64,000 bases of DNA from Octopus vulgaris (taxonomy: Eukaryota). Positions within the stretch are counted from its first letter, which is position 1. Every line of letters begins with the position of its first letter. Positions 52,700-64,000 of the stretch are shown piece by piece. The notes under the pieces are model-generated. The model was not told where the DNA came from. It did no database searches and saw nothing but the letters and a program-made list of their open reading frames with translations. The position numbers were made by a program, and so were the translations under genes. The DNA lies in assembly GCA_951406725.2 (NCBI GenBank), contig OX597832.1:52824001-52888000 (forward strand), in the 5' to 3' direction.

Positions 52700-53810
52700 G
52701 TCCAGGTAGGTGAAAGTGCCTGGTGTTCGATACTATGATGGTGACATCGTCTGCTTATGCCGACACGGTTCTCCTACGTCCCAGTTCACTCGGAATGCCT
52801 TTCAACGCCTCCAATTTCCGCACTAGTAGCTCTAGAGCCAGCACATACAAAAGACACGAGAGGGGACACCTTGGCGGACCGCGCACATGATGCTGGATGG
52901 TTCCAATACGTAACCATTCACCCGTACTACTGAGCAGATATCGCTGTACATTGTCGCTATACATCCAGCCATGGAAAATGAGGCCGAAACCGGCTGCCCT
53001 AAGAACAGTTGCTAAGTATTGGTTGTCAGCCTCATCGAAGGCTTTGGATTGATCCAAACTGATCAGGGACCCACCCATGCCAGCTTCTTTACTCAACCTA
53101 TCAGTGATGTATTGCATGAGATGGAATTGGTCGTAGATTGATCTGCTTGGGATAGCACATTTTGAGCATCACTAATAAACTCCTCTAGGACAAGCGCCAA
53201 CCTTTTCATTGACGCCTTGGCTAAATTTCTTAAATCTGCTTTCAGCAGCGTTATGGGCCCAAAATTTTCTATTTGATTCCCCTTGTTTGGGTCCTTTCTC
53301 AGTAGTGCCACCGCTCTTCGACTCACCGAGCTAGGAATTCTCCCATCCTGCTGCCTGTTGCGGTAGATATCTACTAAGAGGCTGTCAAACAAGTTGAGCA
53401 TATAAAAGTAAATTTCACAGGGCAGACCATCCAAACCAAGTGATTTGATTCCCATGGTGCCCGTCATCGCATCCCGTACTTCCGTGGCTGTTATCAACAT
53501 TTCGCAACGCTCCACTCCCCTTGCTTTCCGGCTTGCCATTCGTCCCAAACAGCTGGGCGAAATACTGCTGAAATGTTATACACATCTACTCCGGATTGAG
53601 TACCACCAAAGACCAAATTGTGGCTTTATTGCCACGTTGCACCTCTTCCACTCGGGGTCATCGAGCGGCTTTCGTTCCCTAGTTTCATAGACCGCGCGTC
53701 TTAGCTCTGACAATGCATCCTTCGTGTGTAGTGTTGAAGTTTTGGCCCAGGGCCAATCTCGTTGTCATCACAACGGTTGTGATGCCTCTCTTAAGTGCTT
53801 CTTCTAAACA
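52700..53810 (-). pseudogene. Tx1/L1-clade LINE reverse transcriptase remnant
   Basis: KSLGLDGLPCEIY, VALLRKDPNKG..IENFGPITLL, ISLDQSKAFD, CPLSCLLYVLALE and VSA*ADDVTII (YADD mutated to a stop) appear in the canonical RT order, with frameshifts. Confidence 0.88.
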
Positions 53811-54623
53811 AGAAAACAATAACAATTTGCAAAAAAAAAAAAAATTAAAATCTTAACGAATAAAATCTCCAACAAGGGGTGAGAAACCACCCAAGTGCAA
53901 CAAAGGAACCCCGAAGATCTCGAGCCACTCTACTCACCAAAGCAAGTGCTCATCTCTTCTTCGTATTCCTCAACCTACAAACGCCAGCATAGGTTAGGCC
54001 CACTCACTCGGAGCATCTTCGCCCCATTCACCCATCTTTTAACAAATTTACTGGGAAACAGTGAAGGCGCGTGGCCAAGTGGTTAGGGTGTCGGGCTCGT
54101 TATCGTAAGACTGTGGTTTCGATCCCTGGACTGAGCAATGCGTTGTGTTCTTGAGCAAAATACTTCATTTCATGTTACACCAGTCCAAACAGCTTGTAAA
54201 AATGAATATTCCTGCTATGGACAGGCGTCTCGTTCAGTGAAGAATAATATACATCACAGAAATCGGGAAACTGACGCCGAGTCTATATGATACGGGATTG
54301 AGCTGCTGGAAGACATTATATCCTTTTCAGCTCTCACCTTACTTTTCCAATGGAAATTTTAAATCAATGAGGCCTTGATCGAAGAGGAAAGTGTCTTTCT
54401 TTTGTCGTTTCCGCCCCGTCCACCACACAACCCCTTTCGCCAAGCCACAGACAGAGAAAAAATGCCTGCCCTTTCCGACAAAAGGAAGACGGCAGTACGA
54501 TCTTCATGATGGATTCTGTCGACTGCCGGATTCTCTTACATGTGACAATAGCTGTTCGGCATATCGCCACAAGTCAGCAGCAATGCTTCGAGCGCTGTAT
54601 GAGCAGTAATAATGTCGCAATAA

Positions 54624-55532
54624 TCTATATATATAAAACTGTAGTTGTGTGAGTGTCTGTCCCCTTCGATTTAGATTCCTAACTACTCCCACATTTTGCG
54701 GTGCAGTTTAACCAAATTCGGGTATCTTATAGTCGTGATTCATATCGAGCCCTTCTGGGTATTAGCGCGCGTCTACGATGAGTCTACGATTTTTAAAATA
54801 ATTTACCATCATTTTTTATTCCATTTTAACGCATATGTTTTAAATTGGCGGCGGAGTTGGCGTCCATGCTCACACCTGCACCTGTGTTGCTTCTCCCCCT
54901 TCTTCCCCCCCCTCGTGAAGCTGTGGGGAAGGGAGTGTAAGGAAATCAACGTCGTAAAGCGTTGTCAAGGAGACCAGCGTTCTTTTAGAACAACGACTTC
55001 ATGGCTTGAAGTCACCAAAACAGAAATCGCTAAAAAAGCTGAAACAGATCCACAAAAACGGCAAAAACCGCCACACAGGGCAGGTTTCCTGTGCAAACAG
55101 TTTGCACAACCGAATGTTTTAGTTGTTGCACAAATCTTTATATATAAAAGTGAAGTTGTGTGTCTGTCTCTTACGATTTAGATTCCTAACTACTCCCACA
55201 TTTTGCGGTGCAGTTTAACCAAAACCGGGTATCTTATAGTCGTGATTCATATCGAGCCCTTCTGGGTATTAGCGCGCGTCTACGATGAGTCTATGATTTA
55301 AAAAAAAATTACCATCATTTTTTCCATTTTAATGCATTTTTTCGCTATTATATAAGGGAAGTAACTCTCTAAAAATGTCTACGATGAGTCAACGATTTAA
55401 AAAAAAAATTACCATCATTTTTTATTCCATTTTTAATGCATTTTTTTTGCTATCTTTTTGCTATAACTCACTAAAAATGCTCATATAGTTATTTCCCTTA
55501 CAAACCCGAGCAACGCCGGGCGATACTGTTAG
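54624..55532 (+). mobile_element. Composite non-autonomous Helitron (second 5' end at ~55135)
   Basis: Same family as 28680-29189: TCtatatatataaaa start, cccgagcaacgccggg hairpin and ttag|t end. Confidence 0.85.
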
Positions 55533-55733
55533 TAAATAATAAAGGTCAGATATTAAGATTTAAGTGTCTTCTGGGTTCTTTTTTATTTTTGTTTTCCGGC
55601 AATTTGACAAACAATAAGAAAAATGTCTGTTTTGAGTGCAAACCGGAAATAAAAAGTCGGTTGGAAACAATTTATAACATTCATAGGTTAGGAGCGACAC
55701 AAGACGATGACATCATTACGCTAATCAAACCCA

Positions 55734-55778
<45 letters not shown>

Positions 55779-55896
55779 CACACACACATGATGAGTCATA
55801 ACATCTGGCCATTTTCTAAGAAGACAATATACTAAGGCATCCTTACTTTGTAACATTGATTTCTTATGGGGGATTATTACGATCACCTGATCGGAG

Positions 55897-56433
<537 letters not shown>

Positions 56434-56535
56434 TTTCATTGCGTGGCACCTTGGACAAGTATCTTCTACCATAGCCTCCAGCCGACCAAACCCTTGTGGG
56501 CGGATCTGGTAAACGGAAACTGAAAGAAGTCCGCC

Positions 56536-56570
<35 letters not shown>

Positions 56571-57773
56571 TGTTCGCGTGTGCGTGCGTGCGCGTGTGTG
56601 TATGTGTGCCTGCGATTGTGTGTGTATGTGTACCTACGCGCGTATTGGATTGGATTGCTTGTGTTCAGTCCACTGCAGAATGAAGGCCTCGGTATGTTCT
56701 CTCCACGGGTTAATGTGGGGCCGTGAGTTTGAGCTTGAGATCATACTGGTATATACATACATACACATACGCACACACACACACATATACGTACGTACAT
56801 ACATGCATACATACATACATACATACATACATACATACATACATACATACATACATACATACATACATACATACATACATTAAAAGTTAGCTTGAATCTT
56901 GTTTGCTTGCAATGTTACCCAGCCAAACTGGCGCATAAGGGGAAAATTCTATGAATTAAGTTTTTCCTTGAAATGTAAATACGAACGGAATAAAACAAAT
57001 TTTGAGTAAATTGGACAAGTGGTTGTGGAGATATTAGGAGTTTTCGGGGGTATAACTACCCAAAATAGTGCATAATGAGAAAAATTCCGAAATTAAACTT
57101 AACTCTGGAAGGGAAGAAACTCTTACCTTTCGATTAGACGCAGTGACTTGACAACGAAAAAATACGATTTGTTTTTTTACAGTAAATCTTTCTATTTTCA
57201 CTTTTGTTAAACACAAAATTTTAATCATTTATAAATATTTTTAACTGAAGATGATTTCAAAAATGTAAGTTGTTTGTACAGTAAGTATCTTTTATTTTAG
57301 CTGTCTTTAAACAGACAATATTTTAATGTTTTTAAAATTATTTTCAAATGAATAACTATGACAAAAATTCTTTTTGGTATAGTTTTAAAATATTTTAAAG
57401 TGAAAATAACTTTAAAAATACAGTAAATATTTCGTAAAAGACCTGTTCGTAACCTCGGTGTGAAATAATTTTTTCTATAGTTTTTTTTCAAGTGCATTCA
57501 ACGTATCTCACCTCCAAAGATTTGGCCGCTATTTCTAACATGCCCTACTACCATATAACGGCTATTTGCGATAAAGGACCTGAAATACTTGTTACATCGT
57601 AACAGGGCGTGCAAGAAATAGAAGCCAAATCTTTCCTTTTCTAAGGAAAGGAGCCGTTTATGTGTGATTTCGATGTCATATTCGTTGAAAGCATGCAAAA
57701 TAACCTGGAAAAAAACCCTGCGAAACAAAATTCCGTTGGTGGGAAACTCAGATTTTAACCGGTAGTTAGTATG

Positions 57774-57810
<37 letters not shown>

Positions 57811-57930
57811 TTAATTAGAGGATGTGTTAACCTCATGAAGGGATGGTTGCATCCAAGGAAATACTGGTTCAATACCTAGTATTGTTGGGGAATGAAATTC
57901 CCTTAAAACAATAGGTATATATTAAGCGTA

Positions 57931-58349
57931 TAGTTTATATCCAGTTAAAAGAAGAAAAGAAAATGGAGATAAGGAAGTTAGCAATTATTTATTATTAACA
58001 AATCGGTCATCTTCGCTTCTCACAGCCGTTTCAATTAACACTCAATAATTTATTTACAAATTTGTACATTAAATTCGCATTTATGTGACATGAGCATAAT
58101 TTCAGCAGAATTATCTACTGAAATGAATTGATAGGTCCACAGATAACATCCCAAAGTACATCTCTTTTTTTCTCTCTGATGAAATTATGCTCATATCACA
58201 TAAATGCAAATTTAATGTACAAATTTGTTATTAAATTATTGGGTGTTAATTGAAACGGCTGTAAGAAGCGAAGATGATCAATTTGTTAATAATAAATAAT
58301 TGTTAACTTCCTTAACTCCATTTTTCTTCTTTGAATTGGATATAATCTA
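57931..58349. repeat. Fold-back element: ~175-bp inverted arms with a ~70-bp spacer, each arm carrying a hammerhead-like core
   Basis: 57931-58108 is the near reverse complement of 58176-58349. Plus arm tct-CTGATGA-AATTA...TAATT-GAAAC-ggct-GT-A-aga. Confidence 0.85.
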
Positions 58350-58359
58350 CACACACACA

Positions 58360-58454
<95 letters not shown>

Positions 58455-58457
<3 letters not shown>

Positions 58458-58652
58458 TAATTTTTTTAAAAACTGAGAAAAAAGACAATAAAAAAGCAAC
58501 AACGCGAGGACGTGGTACATGCAAAGAATTAATAAGACGTTCAGGGAAAGAGAGAAAGGGTATTTTATGTTTCGAGCAAAAGCTCTTCTTCAGAAACAGG
58601 AGACAGAGGAAAGTCCAAAAGAAAAGGAAAACGGAGGAAAAAATCGCCACTA
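58455..58652 (-). mobile_element. ~200-bp Penelope-like repeat with a near-intact minimal hammerhead core (58562-58597)
   Basis: Minus strand gttt-CTGAAGA-A-GAGC-tttt-GCTC-GAAAC-AT-A-aaat; layout resembles 19605-19810; abuts (CA)n. Confidence 0.62.
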
Positions 58653-60611
58653 TTTTCTACACATGATGAGATTGACAGCATAACGTTCCCCTCCCCATCC
58701 TCTCTCTCTCTCTCCCTCTCTCCTCCCCCCTTACTTCAGCATCCTGTTAAAAGTTAATATTAAAAAAATAGTGATAATTATCAGTTGGTTCGCACGAACT
58801 GGTCCAGCTCACTTATTTATATTCTTTTATTCGCGTACTTGTTTCAGTCATTGAACTGCGACCAAGCTGTAATACCACCTTCAAAGGTTTAGTCAAATAA
58901 AGCAACCTCAGTATTGTAAGTCCACTACTTAATCAATAGATCTTTCTTTGCCGAACCGCTAAGTTATGGATACACAAACACAATCGTACTCACACAAACG
59001 CACAATGGGCTTCCACACAGTTTTCCGTCTACCAAATTCGCTCACAGGACCATCTTTCTGTGAAAGTGGAATAACTGAAGACTTCAAGAAGGCTATTGGT
59101 TCGTTTCCTTTATAGGTTTCGTTACAGAAATCAAACAGCTCTTTGTGGAAGAGTGGCTGGCCTTTTGTTGTTTCATAACCTTTTAAAAAGCATTTTAAAG
59201 CTTCATATGCTTAAAACTACTGAGAAATAAAAAAAGATAGACTGACTTTGGTGCGAGAGGGACAGAGGGGCGTCAAATCTGGGACAAAACAAACTGACTG
59301 ATCTTCGCATGAATTTAATTAATCCATTTTTTTTATTTTGGTAACAATGTTATTTTTTATCATTTCAAGTAAGGGAGACAATTCTCCGCATGGTTTAGTC
59401 ATATTAGACCTCATTAGTAAAACATAACTGCAATGTACTTAGCGAGATAGAGATAGGGGAAATTATCAAATGAAATTACAGTACTGTAAAGCAAAACGTC
59501 ATGGACAGTTTATATTACTAAACTGGGTATTTTCTTAAATCTGTTAATTTTCTTGCCTATCAGGGTTACATTACTACAATCCTTCTTACAGATTCGGTTT
59601 GAACGGCAGTTTTTAACATAATTTCTAGGTAGCTAAAACATGTTAAACTTCGTATACTAGTAGAATGTGTTTATTAAACATCTTTTTCTCTTGGCTTTAT
59701 TGAAAAAATTCTATTGTTTGTAAGATATTTGTTGTTATTTTTTCATCAATTTCTGCAATTTCAACCAATCAATGACTATATTGAAGTAAAAAATATTCTG
59801 TGCCGTATGAATATGTCCCTCGTTTAAGAAACAGTTTGGGTTTATTTACATTTGTGAAGAAAAAAATATACCCTTCCCCCCATCCCTAACCCTAACCCTA
59901 ACCCTAAATGCAATAGATCGATAGTAGGGTCAGAGTTGTCTCCCGTACCTACCGAAATAATGATCAAAATAATATCGATCAGCTCCTCTCGTCACCACAT
60001 TAGTATTTCTAATTACTTTCTAGATATCTATCTACCTTAAGTAAGTTCACCCCCATTTGACTGTCGATGTTCAAACCGATAGCGCCTCGGTGTAATTTTT
60101 GTTTCATAAGTAATCGAGCGATGGTTCAAAACATATTCGTTACACTCTTGACAGGATGAGCATTATAACCTGGAATACAGAAAAAAAAAGAAATATAAAT
60201 TATACCTTGATGAAATATAAGCAGAAAGGTGTATAAAATGCATGCAAACAGGCGTGAAAGAGTCTCACTGCCTTTTGTATCATTAGATGGGTGAACGTGA
60301 TACTTCCAACAGGTAAATAATATGAAAAACAAGAAATTTGATATGAAAGATTAGTGAGAAACAAACGTTTATTGCATATACTATATACATTTATAAATAA
60401 ATAGCAGGCGTATTGCACACATTTATTGTCATAAAGTGGCTGGCCCAGTTGACATGACCAAGAGTCGAAATAATCACCTTTTGTTTATCAATATTGAATT
60501 CCTAACGAATATGAAACCACATAAAGCGTTAAAACATTTAGCCTCTATACCACTGAATGTTTTTAAAAAAATTCAAAATATATTGAGAAGTATTAGAATA
60601 TTTAAAATAAC

Positions 60612-61050
60612 GGCAATCTTTCGTCTCTAGTAGACCTTTCCGTCGATTTCCGTAAAAAATTTTTTTTTTTTACATATGGGCTTGCGGGAACTTTTGAAGT
60701 AATGAGAGCGAAAGAGACTAAGAGAAAGCGATTGTATGACGAGGGAAGTTCTTTTGAAGTTACCGTGCATGGGAGCATTGATGGACATGTGTGTGTGTGT
60801 GCGTGTGTGTGTGTGTGTGTTTGATGGGGATGTGGGAGACAGACAGTATGTTGTGTAAGTGAAGTGCTTCTGTTAGTGTGTGTGAAGAGACAGAGTAATG
60901 TGTGAAAGAAAGAGATAACTGAAATTTTTTACTCGGTGTATGTGTATATGTATGTATATTACTTCAAAAGTTCCCGCAAGCCCATATGTAAAAAAAAAAA
61001 AAAATTTTACGGAAATCGACGGAAAGGTCTACTACAGACGAAAGATCGCC
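60612..61050. mobile_element. MITE with ~92-bp TIRs and 8-bp TSD (Merlin-like)
   Basis: aaaataac-GGcaatctttcgtctctagtagacctttccg...cggaaaggtctactacagacgaaagatcgCC-aaaataac; TIRs 60612-60703 and 60958-61050 are nearly identical. Confidence 0.9.
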
Positions 61051-61144
61051 AAAATAACAACAATATATTAATTTGAAAAATATTGTTTTGGAGCTAAATA
61101 ACCCGCGTCAATAAATAATAACAAAAATTAAAACAGTTTATAAT

Positions 61145-61157
61145 GTTACTTAGCAAC
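61145..61157 (+). promoter_or_regulatory. RFX-binding X-box-like motif
   Basis: GTTACTTAGCAAC closely fits the X-box pattern GTNRCY-N(0-3)-RGYAAC and ends 7 nt before the putative ATG. Confidence 0.5.
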
Positions 61158-61164
61158 TAGAAAT

Positions 61165-61192
61165 ATGGCGGAAGACTCGGCAATAGAAGTCT
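61165..61192 (+). CDS. Putative first coding exon of an unidentified divergently transcribed gene (MAEDSAIEV...)
   Basis: aaatATGGCG start context, 28 coding nt, then consensus donor T|gtgagt at 61193. Preceded by an X-box; CpG depletion appears to resume downstream. No further exon identified in the window. Confidence 0.5.
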
Positions 61193-61494
61193 GTGAGTAA
61201 AGGTGTTTTGTTTAGATAAACGCAGTTTAATGAATGTAACAGAACACATGTAGCTTTGTCGGTGTTTTAGTGCAATAATTCTTTTCTTTTTTCATTTCTG
61301 TATTTCTTTAAAATACTGGAAAACATTAAAACACGATTACATACATACATAGACACATGCACGGGGATACATAGACATGTTTGTGTGTTTGTATTGTATG
61401 TGTTCTCTTGAAATTTATTTAGTCTTCTAAATTGTATACAAGCGAGAGAGTAACAAAGTATCAATACTTTTTTGTTTGATTCAATGCGTTAGAG

Positions 61495-61769
61495 CAGTGG
61501 TTCTCAACAAGGGTCCATATGGCTGTCGGGGTGAGGTGATGGGGTCCACATGAGATCTTTGTTGCTGAAATTTATGTGCAATAAACTGGTTATCTTTCTA
61601 CAATGCACAAAATATTTTAAAAGTTTTTTTTAACAATTTCATTCTAAAAATTTTACAAATTTTTTTAAAACATCGAATGGCCTTGGTACCGTGGCCAAGA
61701 GGGTCCACCCATTTAAAAGTGGAATCAAAAGGGTTCACAGGTAGAAAAAAAAATGGTCGAGGAACTCTG
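61495..61769. mobile_element. hAT (Charlie-like) MITE
   Basis: Ends cagtggttctcaac...gtcgaggaactctg with ttagag on both flanks. Confidence 0.6.
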
Positions 61770-62261
61770 TTAGAGAATTTCCAGACGATGGGTTACTGTT
61801 GCTAGTCAGCTCTGATCCACAAGTTTTATTGCGCACAGGTTAGCTCTGATGGAGCGAGTCCTATGGATGACACACAGCTGGTTCTCTGAACTATGAATAA
61901 CAACCCACCACGGATCTCTTTTAAGTTATACTACATCTTTGCTTAGCATAGGGCCATACAGCACACCACGACACACTGTGATGAATTGTATGGGATACAG
62001 ACATTGTGGTGATCATATTACCCTCTCCGCTGACCTTACTATTTTTACATGTCCATAGATTCTGATGGTGTTGAAAGCAGAGGCAGACAAGGTTAACTCA
62101 ATCTGCATTGTTCCTCTACGCTTAGATTTGTGGGCGTGTCACCCAGCACAGTATTTGGGCCCAGTGTCGTGGATGTTTCTGTAGCTATGTGTCCTTTGTG
62201 TTTGCCCACCATGAGTGTTTTTAGCTTGCTGTTGTAATAGTATTACAAGTTGTTGTATACA

Positions 62262-62478
62262 TACTCTTTACTCTTTTACTTGTTTCAGTCATTTGACTGT
62301 GGCCATGCTGGAGCACCGCCTTTAGTCGAGCAAATCGAACCCAGGACTTATTCTTTGGAAGCCTAGTACTTATTCTATCGGTCTCTCTTTGCCAAACCGC
62401 TAAGTTACGGGGACGTAAACACACCAGCATCGGTTGTCAAGCAATGCTAAGGGGACAAACACAGACACACAAACACAT

Positions 62479-62565
<87 letters not shown>

Positions 62566-62732
62566 TATGACAGGCTTCTTTCAGTTTCCGTCTACCAAAT
62601 CCACTCACAAGGCTTTGGTCAGCCCGAGGCTATAGTAGAAGACACTTGCCCAAGGTGCCACACAGTGGGACTGAACCTGGAACCATGTAGTTGGTAAGCA
62701 AGCTACTTACCACACAGCCACTCCTGTGCCTG
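62262..62732 (-). mobile_element. SINE family A full-length copy with an expanded (TA)n tract
   Basis: Continuous match to the family in reverse orientation. Confidence 0.9.
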
Positions 62733-63221
62733 TAGCTGTTTCATCACCATCATCACCATCATATGTCGGTTTTCCATGCTGGCATAGGTTGGAGGGTTTG
62801 ACTGGAGCTGGTAACACCAGGGACCTCACCAGGCTCCATTATCTGTTCTGGCATGGTTTCTATGGCTGGATGCCCTTCCCAATGCCAACCACTCCACAGA
62901 GTGTACTGGGTTCTTTTTATGTGGCACCAGCACCAGTGCTTTTAATGCCGTACTAGCACTAGTATCAATTCTGCTGTGGCAGACAGATCTTGAGTACAAC
63001 AAGGCACCAGATATTTTGATCCTCAGTCATCTCCTTCAGAAGGCTCAGTATCTTGAGATTGACCTTTATTACTTCATCCCATGTCTTCCTAGGTTTCCTT
63101 CTTCCACAAGATCCATCCACTATAAGCATTTAGAGATGGTTATTCACATAGACAAAGACTGTGACATTTGAAGCTTACTGCGGCAACAAACTATGCTTCT
63201 CACATGTCTAGCTCTCTTTCA

Positions 63222-63602
63222 TCTCTCTCTATATAAACGGCAGTTTGTCTGTCTGCGTGTCTGTGTGTCTGTTAGGTTGTACCCTCACCCTGACCACGGC
63301 TTTCAACCGATTCTGATGAAACTTGACACACACATAGCCCAATGTCATAATTCAAAACTAACGCAGCGAAAATTTTGAAAAGTTCCCCCAGTTCTGAAAA
63401 AAATCGATAAATTCGACATGGGGTGAGAATCAGAAACACAAACCACAGACTGTCTAGGGGACGCAACTCGACCTTTTTAACTCAAAAAAATTTGCCATAA
63501 TTTTTTTTTCCATTTTTTTGCTATTTTTTGGCTATAACTCTCTAAAAATGCTTTATAGTTATTTCCCTTACAAACCCGAGCAACGCCGGGCGATACTGCT
63601 AG
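63222..63602 (+). mobile_element. Non-autonomous Helitron with a different 5' half but the same 3' end as the 28680/54624 family
   Basis: a|TCtctctctatataaacgg start; ...gttatttcccttacaaacccgagcaacgccgggcgatactgCTAG|t end. Confidence 0.82.
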
Positions 63603-63755
63603 TTTTTAATATTTTTGCTTCGTTGTGTAGGTGGTCTGTTGATGGAATCTGTACTCCATCTGGTTTGACCAGTAAGTGTGTCTTTTATAGCTTGTTATGG
63701 TTTATTGTGAAGACGCCTGGATGGTTCCAACTGATTTGGAGGAACACATCATAAG

Positions 63756-63803
63756 ATGAGAGACCATTTGAGATGATCATGATCATCTCAAATGGTCTCT
63801 CAT
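63756..63803. repeat. Perfect 48-bp spacerless palindrome
   Basis: atgagagaccatttgagatgatca|tgatcatctcaaatggtctctcat. Confidence 0.95.
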
Positions 63804-64000
63804 TTTATGTGGTGTACCACCATATTAATGCAAGCCCCTGGCCATTAATTGGAAGGCATGGAGGTCCAAATTTTTTGCTGGAGTGATGTGATACACTTTG
63901 TGATGTGATACACTTTGAAACTGAATGCAAAGGATTTCATGAAGAGAGGAGGAGACGTCATCAAACCGCTGTAGCTGTTGTTTGGAGGTCACTTTTAGTG

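Noticed and set aside
57820-57920. cCTCATGA-AGGGA...TCCCT-TAAAAC as another hammerhead
   Set aside because: Both core strands are mutated and stem I does not pair convincingly. At most a decayed relative.

Overview
AT-rich, repeat-dense eukaryotic (animal) genomic DNA; the SINE, MITE and microsatellite content resembles an octopod cephalopod (inference, not a database result). The main gene is the 5' half of a malic enzyme (NAD(P)-dependent malate dehydrogenase, decarboxylating) on the minus strand. Four shared coding exons (7560-7710, 3590-3873, 1312-1387, 1054-1215) join in frame through canonical GT-AG introns, and the gene continues off the left edge. Two separate upstream exons (25465-25514 and 45020-45060) each supply an ATG and a phase-2 donor that fits the 7710 acceptor. 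One encodes a mitochondrial-presequence-like N-terminus and the other an acidic, cytosolic-looking one. A probable first exon of a divergent plus-strand gene, with an RFX X-box, lies at about 61145-61198. The rest is tRNA-derived SINEs, LINE remnants (CR1-, RTE-, Tx1-like), Tc1/mariner, piggyBac-, Merlin/MULE- and hAT-type MITEs, non-autonomous Helitrons, solo LTRs and simple repeats. The most unusual signals are several different short repeats carrying minimal hammerhead-ribozyme cores (Penelope/retrozyme-like), SINE multimers with a recurrent identical junction, and long inverted repeats beside malic enzyme splice acceptors. No prokaryotic features or CRISPR arrays were seen.
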